Below, in pieces: positions 1 to 9,937 of a DNA stretch of 64,000 nucleotides. Each line of letters opens with the position of its first letter. Positions within the stretch are counted from its first letter, which is position 1. The notes below the pieces were generated by a model that did not search any database, was not told the DNA's origin, and saw only the letters and a list, made by a program, of their open reading frames with translations. The translations under genes and the position numbers were made by a program. The stretch is from Eledone cirrhosa (lineage: Eukaryota): positions 413,292,001-413,356,000 of the forward strand of contig OZ024741.1 of assembly GCA_964016885.1 (NCBI GenBank), written 5' to 3'.

Positions 1-192
1 ACTTCCCTGACATTTGTGTATTATTCTATGTACTATACATACACCTTTGACGAGTTGTAGTGCACCTGAGCACTTTACACAATAATTTCATTATTATTAT
101 TATTATATATAATATATATATATATATGATATATATATATATATATAATATATATATATATAATATATATAATATATATATTTATATATATA

Positions 193-447
193 TCATCATC
201 ATCATCATCATCGTTTAATGTCCATGTTCCACGCTTGCATGGGTTTGGACGGGAGTTTTCTCACTTGAGGCAAGAGTGGTTGTCTTGTTCGCATAGGACT
301 GTCTGGCGGGTTTTCTACAGCTGGATGCCCTTCCTAACACCAACCACATTTACAGTGTGGGGCTGGGAGGTTTTTACCGTGTTGCCTACACGGCCACATT
401 ACAGCGTGGACTGTGTGTTTTTTTGTCGTGACACCTACACGATCTCA
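193..447 (-). mobile_element. RTE family A 3' UTR and (GAT)n tail, severely 5'-truncated
   Basis: Matches the sequence following the RTE ORF stop at 10444 and 17242 (GGAAGGGCATCCAGCTGTAGAAA motif, terminal ACCCATGCAAGCGTGGAAC, (GAT)n); (TA)n on both sides. Confidence 0.85.
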
Positions 448-787
448 TATATATATATATAGTGGTAGAACACTGGAAGGTAATATCCATACTGGTAGAG
501 CACTCAGTCCATGGGACGTGTTAGGTAGATGTGGTTACACAACAGTTAGTTCACGATACCGAGAACAATTGTTTCACCTTAGCGGATCCTCAGCTCGTAA
601 TGGGCATGGTTATATGGAACAGGAACGACAACCGTACGAGCGCGCATGTGCAGAAACCTGTCACCTCACACAGGCAATGCTAAAATGCGAGCGAGAGGTG
701 TAAGGGAGATAACTGCGAAAGTCCAAAAAGTTTTTAGTTGATGAGAAAATTATGATGTTGTAATTCAATCTGGAGCTTTGTAGTTAT

Positions 788-847
788 GTCCCACCCTTGC
801 AAGCAGGGAAAAGCGGACGTAAAATGATGATGATGATGATGATGATG
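788..847 (+). mobile_element. Isolated RTE family B-type / SINE terminal tail
   Basis: ACCCTTGCAAGCAGGGAAAAGCGGACGTAAAA(TGA)n, identical to the end of the RTE at ~5592-5639. Confidence 0.75.
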
Positions 848-1203
848 TAAGAGGTGTTTCGAAACGTGTGGAAAACGTGTGAAGAATTCATTTCTCGTGT
901 TTAGGCAATCACTATTGCATAATCTCTTTAGAATATTTATTCACTCATCAATACATAGTCCACAACGGATTTCCCCTTGCGTAGTGAAGGCTTTCCATTG
1001 AATGGAGTAGTCTATACTTGAGTCCTTGAGTGACTATACATGACACGCGAGTTTCGTGGATGAACATCTGTCTGGGTACCTAAAGGTCGACTGGTGGTTC
1101 AGGAAACGTTCCTTAAATCACCCTCCACCATGCCCACATATATATATATATAAATAAAAATAACAGGAGGCTGGACTGGTGTAAATCCTTGAAAGGTTTA
1201 TTT

Positions 1204-1259
1204 TACTATGATCATTTCAATGACCGGGTTCCATCTGAATCCGGTGATATCATCAGGTA
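1204..1259 (-). ncRNA. Minimal type I hammerhead ribozyme (probable PLE pLTR fragment)
   Basis: Minus strand: tac-CTGATGA-t-atcaccgg..ccggtcat-t-GAAA-tgatca-TA-gta; complete core, palindromic stem III, weak 3-bp stem I. Confidence 0.6.
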
Positions 1260-1604
1260 TTTGAAATATAACAAAGGAATATGTATATGTAAAAACCATG
1301 GGTCCGAAAAATCAGAGACAGAGAGGACGACTGACCAACTAGCTGTCTTCACCTCGGCCAGTCGCCATCAAAGTGATGGCAACTCGATCTGCTAATGACC
1401 ATCTGGTGAGGGGGCGAAGGCTTATAATGTACTACCACTCTCCGTCAAAGAATAAAAAATAAAAAAGGGGAAGAAAGAAAGAAAGAGAGAAGAAAAAAAA
1501 GAAAAAAAGGAAGAAGTCAGCGTAGGAGTCACACTACAGTCAAGCTAGAAAACGCCGCGAAAAACGTTATTCTAAAGAATCAATATTTTAACAAAGGCAT
1601 ATAT

Positions 1605-1787
1605 AATTGTTTCTACTTTAGGCACAACACCAGCAATTACCCAGTGCATTACTGGTACTTTATTTTATCGACCCCGTAAGGATGAAAGGCAAAGTCAACC
1701 TCGGTGGGATTTGAATTCAGATCGTAAAGGGACGTAACTATGGTGGAAAGCATGGCGTCCGACCCTCTACCAATACTGCCAATCCAC
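1605..1787 (-). mobile_element. tRNA-derived SINE (family 1)
   Basis: A-box-like TGGCAGTATTGG, B-box-like AATTCAAATCC, central GCCTTTCATCCTTACGGGGTCGATAAAATAAAGTACCAG; second copy at 18378-18560. Confidence 0.8.
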
Positions 1788-2243
1788 AATGGGTGTCTGC
1801 ATGGTCTAATGTGTGAACAGAAACTTGGAACGTTAAACTTATGTTACGAATTATAGGATGAAATTAAATTAAAAAATAATAAATTGAAAATTGGAAAATA
1901 AATAAACAAAATATTTAATGAACTTACAGAGAGAGTCTTATATGAAAAAGTTAATCTCGATAAGATATCAGGGTGAGATAAAGATTAAATCCTTCGAATG
2001 TGAATCCCAGCCAGCACCTCCTAACCACGTGTCAGCCAGTTTCGAGTGGTATTGTCCAGTGAAAGAAATGGAAATTAATTTTTCCGAGCACTTTAGGAAC
2101 GTAGCTACACTAGGCCCCAGGTGTGCTAGCGGGAAGTCTACAATTTTGATAGGCCATCGTCAATACCAAACGAATACTATTAATTCACACATGAGGGGTT
2201 TATTTACGTGCCAGTAGAGGCATGATACAGCTAACTAACCTAA

Positions 2244-2244
<1 letters not shown>

Positions 2245-2308
<64 letters not shown>

Positions 2309-2345
2309 TTATATATATATATATAATATATTTATTATATATATA
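2245..2345. repeat. (TA)n microsatellite flanking an RTE insertion
   Basis: Direct inspection. Confidence 0.95.
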
Positions 2346-3348
2346 TCATCATCATCATCATTTTACGTCCGCTTTTCCCGTTCTGACTCTAGCTACTGTA
2401 CTTTCAGAGCAGCCTCCACCGCTGCTGATTTTGTAACCCATGTAACGGAAGGTGTCCACTATATCTATAGAACCATCTGGGCAATAGAAGGAGCTAGTAT
2501 CCTGTGGGCACTTGCTACTACTTATTGCACCAGAGCACCGGCCACATATAAAATCTATGTTCTTAGTTAGCTTACTTGAGATCCCACTACATCTTTTATG
2601 CACCCATACTTTGCATTTGGGACATAAAATGGAGTTTCTACCTACTCCTTTCCTATACACTGAGCATGGCCATTTCCCAGAGGGGACCAGTGCCCTATTT
2701 TCCTTCCTACATACTAGAACTTTAGTCTTAGACAAGTTAATTTTAATGTCTTTTGATTTTAGGCCATGCTTCCATGTTTGGAATTTCTACTCTAGTTCAA
2801 CCATTGATTCAGCTATGAGCGTTAGATCATCTGCGTATAGGAGTTCCCATGGGCAGCCAGTCTTGAACTCCTCTGTTATAGCCTGAAGGGCAATAATAAA
2901 TAGGAGGGAACTAAGGACAGAGCCCTGATAACACCAACTGTTACGCTAAATTCTTCACTATATTCGTTGTTAATTCTAACCTTGCTGACTGTTTCTTTAT
3001 ACATGGCTTGTATAGCTCTCACAAGCCATTCATCAACACCTAGTTTTCTAAGAGCCCACCATATAATGGAGCGGGGGACTAAGTCAAAGGCTTTCTCCAA
3101 GTCAACAAAAGCTAAGTATAGGGGTTTACTTTTAGCTAGGTACTTTTCCTGTAGTTGTCATACAAGGAAAAGAGCGTCAGTGGTACTTTTACCTGACACA
3201 AACCCAAACTGCATTTCATCTAGATCAATTCGCTCTCTGATTAGTTGAGCTATAACTTTTTATGTGACCTTCATGGCCTAGTCAATTAATTTAATGCCTC
3301 TATAGTTTCCTCTATCTAGGGCATCTCCTTTACCCTTGTAGCAGTTAA
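2346..3348 (-). mobile_element. RTE family A-like RT fragment (decayed) fused to a family B-type tail
   Basis: Collinear with 10942-11912; translations [14 protein letters not shown] and KWPCSV..C..C..H..C; frameshifts; ORF sequence jumps from VARVRT into GGGAAAAGCGGACGTAAAA(TGA)n. Confidence 0.9.
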
Positions 3349-5639
3349 TCAGGCGAGCACATAAGCCAGATTGACTTCTTACTAGTTAGGCAGCGGGACA
3401 GGCAGATGGTGTCAAATGCCAAGGCATACCTTGGGGAAGAATGTACCCCACAGCATAGGTTAGTCGTTAGTGATATCTCAGTAAGCAAGAGATGAAATGA
3501 GACATACAGGAAGGTGTGGAGAAGAAAGGTCTGGAAGCTAAAAGACCTTTCACTAAAATACAAATTTAGGAAAGCCCTTCAAGATGTGTATGACGAAAAA
3601 GAAGACGATTTAGAGACGTATGACATAGATAATAATTGAATTTCTTACGTAACAACTTACTGCAGGCTACTGATGAAACTTGTGACAGAGAGTGACTTTG
3701 TGGTGGAACAGCACAGTAGATAGGGCCATTAGAGACAAAAGACTAGCATGTGTACTAGACGTCAGGTGTACTTAGCACGCAGGGAGGTTGAGACTAGGAG
3801 GTTTGCCAATGTTCTGCGACAGGAAGATCAGAGGCGTGCGGTGTTTCACATTGCAAGTCAGTATGTCAATGCAAATCAGGATGTTGTTGCAGATAAATGT
3901 GTCGGGAATTATACTGGTGTACTTAGTCTCACGAATGATCAGAAAAAGGAGACCTGGAAATGTCATTATGAGAGACTGATGAATGTAGAGAACAAATGGG
4001 AGAGAGAGAAATTACCCTCAGTAGATCCGACAGAGGGACCAGCTATTGAGATTGACGAATACAGGGTCCAAGAGGCGATTAAGGAAATGAAAAATGGTAA
4101 GGCTGCTGGACCATTGGGGATAGTTGCTGAGATGCTGAAGGCATCAGGGGACGTAGGCACTAAACTGGTTGCACGCATCATCAATCAGGCTATATATGGT
4201 GGTGTCATACCCAAAGACTGGTGCAGCAGTATTCTCATAAATTGCTACAAAGGTAAAGGGGATGCTCTGGAGAGGAGAAATTATAGGGGTATAAAACTGA
4301 TGGATCAGGTTATGAAAGTGGCAGAAAGGATATTAGCTCAACTAATTAGAGAAAGGGTCAAACTAGATGAGATGCAGTTTGGTTTTGTGCCTGGGAAAAG
4401 TACAACAGATGCCCTCTTCTTGGTGAGACAATTACAAGAGACGTTCTTAGAGGAGAATAAGCCACTATACTTAGCTTTTGTTGACCTAGAGAAGGCCTTT
4501 GATAGGGTACCCCGATCTGTCATCTGGTGGTCCATAAGGAAACTAGGTGTTGAGGAATGGCTCGTGAGGACAGTGCAAACTTTGTACAGAGGTGCTGTCA
4601 GTAAAGTCAGGTTAGGAATGGAGTTTAGTGAGGAATTCCAGATACAAGTAGGAGTACATCAAGGTTCAGTCCTCAGCCCGTTCTTGTTCATTATAGTCCT
4701 CCAAGCCATAACAGAGGAGTATAAGACTGGCTGTCCATGGGAACTTCTCTATGCTGACGATCTGGTTCTTATAGCAGAATCAGTAGAGGAGCTAGAGAAT
4801 AAATTCTGGCTATGGAAACAGCAGTTGGAAGCAAGAGGACTGAGAGTGAACCTAGCTAAGACAAAAGTGTTGATGAGTAGAAAAGAGGACAAAACTCTAA
4901 TTCCGTCAGGGAAATGGCCATGTTCGGTATGCAGAAAAGGAACTGGCATAAATTCTATAAAATGCACACAATGCAGATCCTGGGTACACAAGAGATGTAG
5001 TGGCATAGCAGGCAAACTGACAGGTAGGGAGAAATACGTATGCAGTAGATGTACAGGGAAATTAGACAGTAGAAGTCGCATTGATAGACACATTTTTCAA
5101 ATGCAGGCATGTGCTAAAGAAGTGCTGGGATAGCTTCCGGTACCTAGGAGATCAGATTAGCATGGGAGGAGGGGGGGGGGTTCCAGGAATAAGGACGGGT
5201 TGGAAGAAGTTTAGGGAGCTGCTTCCTCTGCTGACGAAGAAGGGTTTCTCTCTGCGTACGAAAGGCCGGTTATATGATGCCTGTGTGAGGAGCACGATGC
5301 TGCATGGTAGTGAGACATGAATGTGTTGAGAGAGAAATTGTGTCTGAGAGGGATAGAATGTAGTGTGCGAGAGAGGAGACTGAGGTGGTATGCACATGTG
5401 ATGCGCATGGAGGATGACCGATGGGTGAAGAAGTGCCAGGAAATGCCAGTTGAAGGAAGACGTGTAGAGGTAGACCACGAAAAACATGGGCGGAGGTGGT
5501 GAGAACAGACCTCAGATCGCTGAAGCTCACGGTCGAGATGACAAAGGACCGTGACAAGTAGAGAGATGCTGTGTTGAATAAGACCCGTCCTACCCTTGCA
5601 AGCAGGGAAAAGCGGACGTAAAATGATGATGATGATGAT
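3349..5639 (+). mobile_element. RTE family B LINE, 5'-truncated and decayed (end of APE, RT, PHD finger, tail)
   Basis: ORF 3748-5133 has [34 protein letters not shown] and a C4HC3 finger; stops and frameshifts elsewhere; (GAT)n tail then (TA)n. Confidence 0.93.
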
Positions 5640-5692
5640 TATATATATATATATATTATATATATATAATATATATATTATATATATATATA

Positions 5693-6002
5693 TCATCATC
5701 ATCATCATCATCAACGTTTAACGTCCGTGTTCCACGCTTGCATGGGTTTGGACGGGGGTTTTCCCACTTGAGGCAAGAGTGATTGTCTTGCTCGCATAGG
5801 ACTGTCTGGCGGGTTTTCTACAGCTGGATGCCCTTCCTAACACCAACCACATTTACAGTGTGGGGCTGGGAGGTTTTTACCGTGTTGCCTACACGGCCAC
5901 ATTACAGCGTGGACTGTGTGTTTTTTGTCGTGACACCTACACGATCTCATTTGTTTCGGCCTGGATGTTGTGACACCAACATAACTTTACATTGAAAGGG
6001 GC
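5693..6002 (-). mobile_element. RTE family A 3' UTR and tail
   Basis: Matches the family A 3' UTR; (CAT)n at 5693-5712. Confidence 0.9.
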
Positions 6003-6810
6003 AGATAAGATAATAGACGTAAATAGAGTGAACGACAGAATAATTAAAATAAGACTTGTCCTCAATAGAACTACGGTGACAGTAATATCTGCGTACGCAC
6101 CCCAATCCGGACTGCCCGGCGCTATAAAAGACAGATTCTATGAGACACTGATGCTCGCTACCTCCCAAATAACCGACAGTGACTATATAATTATTGCAGG
6201 CGACCTAAATGGTCACGTTGGACAACATTGTGACGGCTATGACGGAATCCATGGAGGCTATGGGTTCGGTACTAGAAATGAGGAAGGCTCCAGAATCTTG
6301 GAATTCTGTGACGCAAATAACCTAACTATCTGTAACACTAACTTCAAAAAACGAGACAATCACTTGATCACCTATAGATCGGGGGAACACACAAGCCAGG
6401 TAGATTATATCCTTACCAGAAGACGTGACAGAGTGTCTGTTGTTAACACTAAATCCCTCCTCCATGAAGAATGCACCTCCCAACATAGACTGATATTTAG
6501 CGACCTCATAGTCAGGACGAGACGTACTAGACAGCAGAAGAGGACTATCCTCAGGAGAAAAGTATGGAAGCTAAAGGACTCCATAGCCAGAAATAAATTT
6601 CAAAGCATATTACTTGATGCTTTCGACAGTAAGGAAGAGCAATTAGAGTCGTATAATATAGAGGAACAGTGGGAATTCCTGAAAGCAAACCTGCTGACGG
6701 CGGCAGACGAAGTCTGTGGCTGGAGCAGGCCTGTAGGTAGGAGGAGAGTAACATGGTGGTGGAACAGTAAGGTGGAGGAGTCAATTAAGGCCAAAAAGCA
6801 GGCTTGGAAA
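6003..6810 (+). mobile_element. RTE family A APE endonuclease fragment, inverted relative to the adjacent tail
   Basis: ISAYAPQ, IAGDLNGHVG, SQVDYIL, SQHRLI motifs; downstream half near-identical to the start of the 10444-12897 ORF. Confidence 0.92.
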
Positions 6811-6865
6811 TATAAATATATATATATATATAATATATATATTATATATATATATAATATATATA

Positions 6866-7764
6866 CAAGGTGTGTCAGAAAAGTTCTAGGACTGATGTCA
6901 CAAAAAATTTATTTCAAACCCAAACTTCACACTAAGAGTTTTCTCATTCAAACTAATCCCCCTGGAGTCTAATGCACTTTTCCATCCATTTCTGCCTCGC
7001 GTGCATGCACTCCTGGAAGGATTCTTCTGGGATCCTCTGCAGTTCCGTTGTCACGGCCTTTTTGATGGCGTCCACGTCTTCAAAACGGGTCCCCTCCGGG
7101 TCGTACTCAAAGATCCATGACTCATCACCGGTGATGACTGTCCCTAGCATGTCTGGTTCGGTTTCAAGACGCTCGAGGATGTCCTGGCACACTTGCATGC
7201 GTCGACCCTTCTGGTCATCATTCAGCAGTTTTAGCACCGTCTTCGTGCAGACTTTCCGCATGTCAAAATCTTCAGTGAGAATCTTCCAGACGCTGTCCCG
7301 ATTCATGTCCAGCTCATTTGCCATCAGTTGAACAGTCAGCCGATGATCGCTACGCACCATCTGCCTGACGCGCTCAACGTTGTCCTCAGTCCTGGTTGTT
7401 GAGGGCCTTCCGCTCCTGGGATCATCTTCCATGTCCTCGCGTCCTTCTTTAAACCTCTTGCACCACTCAAAAACACATGAGCGTGACATCGTCTCATCTC
7501 CATACACTTGCTGCAGCAGAGTTTTCCTCAACCGTACCAGAAGCTTCAAGTTTATACATTGCTCTGTGCTCATTGCTTGACGACCTGAAACAGAGGACAT
7601 GTATATAAAATTATGAAGAAAAAAGTTTGATCGCTGCAGAGAGCTAAAATTACAGTTACATACTCCAGGGGGATTACTTTGAAGGAGAAAACTTTTAGTG
7701 TGAAGTTCGGGTTTGAAATAAATCTTTTGTGACATCAGTCCTGGAACTTTTCTGACACACCTCG
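6866..7764 (-). mobile_element. Mariner (Tc1/mariner) element, internally deleted, ~100-bp terminal inverted repeats
   Basis: TA-flanked C(A/G)AGGTGTGTCAGAAAAGTT termini; TIRs ~6866-6969 and ~7661-7764. Confidence 0.93.
6953..7573 (-). pseudogene. Mariner transposase relic lacking most of the catalytic domain
   Basis: DDPRSGRPST linker, HTH region, ITGDESWIFEYDPE joined directly to the C-terminal RFEDVDAI..CIRLQGD; second and third catalytic Asp motifs absent. Confidence 0.9.
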
Positions 7765-7790
7765 TATATATATATATATATATATATATA

Positions 7791-8130
7791 TAACCACAGT
7801 AAGTAAGGTACTCAATACATAGCAGAGTATAAAAGTTTTAATATAGATGAGATTCTATAGGACTAGAACTGTTTCATTCATTAGAAATCATCAGGAATCT
7901 GGGGATCAAAAAATAAAAATGGTATTTATAGGTCTCTACAAGTGGTAGGAGAGGGTGGGGAGTGGGATGGGTGTAGGTCATTGGTTGGTAGAAAAGGGAA
8001 TTCATTAAAAGCTAATTCTACAAAGCTATAGTTTATTTTTATTTATTTATGTTTTTGGAGTAACAAGGGCAGACAGAATTCTATAAACAGGTTCCGGATG
8101 GCATACCATTCCTTGTCATTAAGTTTCTCT
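7791..8130 (-). repeat. PLE 3' pseudo-LTR
   Basis: Near-identical to 16187-16530; abuts (TA)n. Confidence 0.88.
7850..7900 (-). ncRNA. Type I hammerhead ribozyme in 3' pLTR (stem III mismatch, AUA site)
   Basis: agattc-CTGATGA-tttctaatgaat-GAAA-cag-ttctagtc-cta-TA-gaatct. Confidence 0.8.
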
Positions 8131-8394
8131 TAAGCTAACAGATGTCTATAAGATCAGTGGGGGTCAGTCATGGTCGATAGAATTAAAGAAAAGGGAGATT
8201 CTTTAAAAGCTAAAGTCATTAAGGTTCTACTAAGTGACAAAGGTCTACAGAATTCTGTAGACAGATTCAAAATACTGAGTGCATATCTGACAATTATCTT
8301 CGAACTTCTCTTAAACTAATCAACTATATGCCAAAAATCAACAGACACATTCACAAAAAAACATACTCACTCACACACTCACGCGCAACCATAA

Positions 8395-8474
8395 ACACAC
8401 ACACACATACACATATACACACATAAAAACACACACACATATATATAAATATATTTATATACATACATATACAT

Positions 8475-8521
<47 letters not shown>

Positions 8522-8708
8522 TATATATACATACACACACACATACATATATATACACACACACACATATATACACATATAAATACACTCACACACATAC
8601 ATACAAACACAAATATACATGTGTATACATATACACACAAATACATATAGATATATATACATATATATACACAGATATATACATATATATATATATTAAT
8701 ATATATAT

Positions 8709-8757
<49 letters not shown>

Positions 8758-8798
8758 AACAAATATATACATATACATACACACACACACACATACAT

Positions 8799-8843
<45 letters not shown>

Positions 8844-8878
8844 TATACACATATATAAGGAAAAAGCACCATACATAC

Positions 8879-8926
<48 letters not shown>

Positions 8927-9019
8927 GGAGAGAGAGAGATACACCATTCATACATATATTCATATATATATACACATACACACATATACATATATACACA
9001 TATATATACACACACATAT

Positions 9020-9064
<45 letters not shown>

Positions 9065-9149
9065 TATACACACACACACACATATACATACACATATACA
9101 CACACACATACACATACATACATATATACACAAATACATACACACATAT

Positions 9150-9200
<51 letters not shown>

Positions 9201-9210
9201 TACATATATA
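8395..9210. repeat. Mosaic (CA)n/(TA)n tract
   Basis: Direct inspection. Confidence 0.95.
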
Positions 9211-9630
9211 TCATCATCATCATCATCATCATCAGGTTTAGCGTCCGTGTTCCACGCTTGCATGGGTTTGGACGGGGGTTTTCCCACTTGAGGCAAGAGT
9301 GGTTGTCTTGCTCGCATAGGACTGTCTGGCGGGTTTTCTACAGTTGGATGCCCTTCCTAACACCAACCACATTTACAGTGTGGGGCTGGGAGGTTTTTAC
9401 CGTGTTGCCAACACGGCCACATTACAGCGTGGACTGTCTGGCGGGTTTTCTACAGCTGGATGCCTTTCCTAACACCAACCACATTTACAGTGTGGGGCTG
9501 GGAGGTTTTTACCGTGTTGCCTACACGGCCACATTTACAGCGTGGACTGTGTGTTTTTTGTCGTGACACCTACACGATCTCATTTGTTTCGGCCTGGATG
9601 TTGTGGGACCAACATAACTTTACATTGAAA
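9211..9630 (-). mobile_element. RTE family A 3' UTR-only copy with internal ~120-bp duplication
   Basis: (CAT)n tail, two GGATGCC(C/T)TTCC modules; ends at TACATTGAAA. Confidence 0.9.
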
Positions 9631-9653
9631 TATACACACATATACATACATAT

Positions 9654-9698
<45 letters not shown>

Positions 9699-9728
9699 CA
9701 ATCATACATACAAACATACATATACACA

Positions 9729-9795
<67 letters not shown>

Positions 9796-9881
9796 TCATC
9801 ATCATCATCATCATCAGGTTTAGCGTCCGTGTTCCATATATATATATACATACAATCATACATACAAACATACATATACAC

Positions 9882-9934
<53 letters not shown>

Positions 9935-9937
<3 letters not shown>

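Noticed and set aside
235-462. Recurrent small ORF ..[23 protein letters not shown].. in many copies
   Set aside because: Antisense translation of the RTE 3' UTR with variable ends and frames
461-780. 96-aa ORF 413-703 in non-microsatellite sequence
   Set aside because: Starts in repeat sequence and has no recognisable motif; probably an unclassified repeat
8351-9317. Cys/Val/Tyr/Ile-rich ORFs (also 12881-13885, 61357-61780, 62472-62954)
   Set aside because: Translations of (TA)n/(TG)n microsatellites
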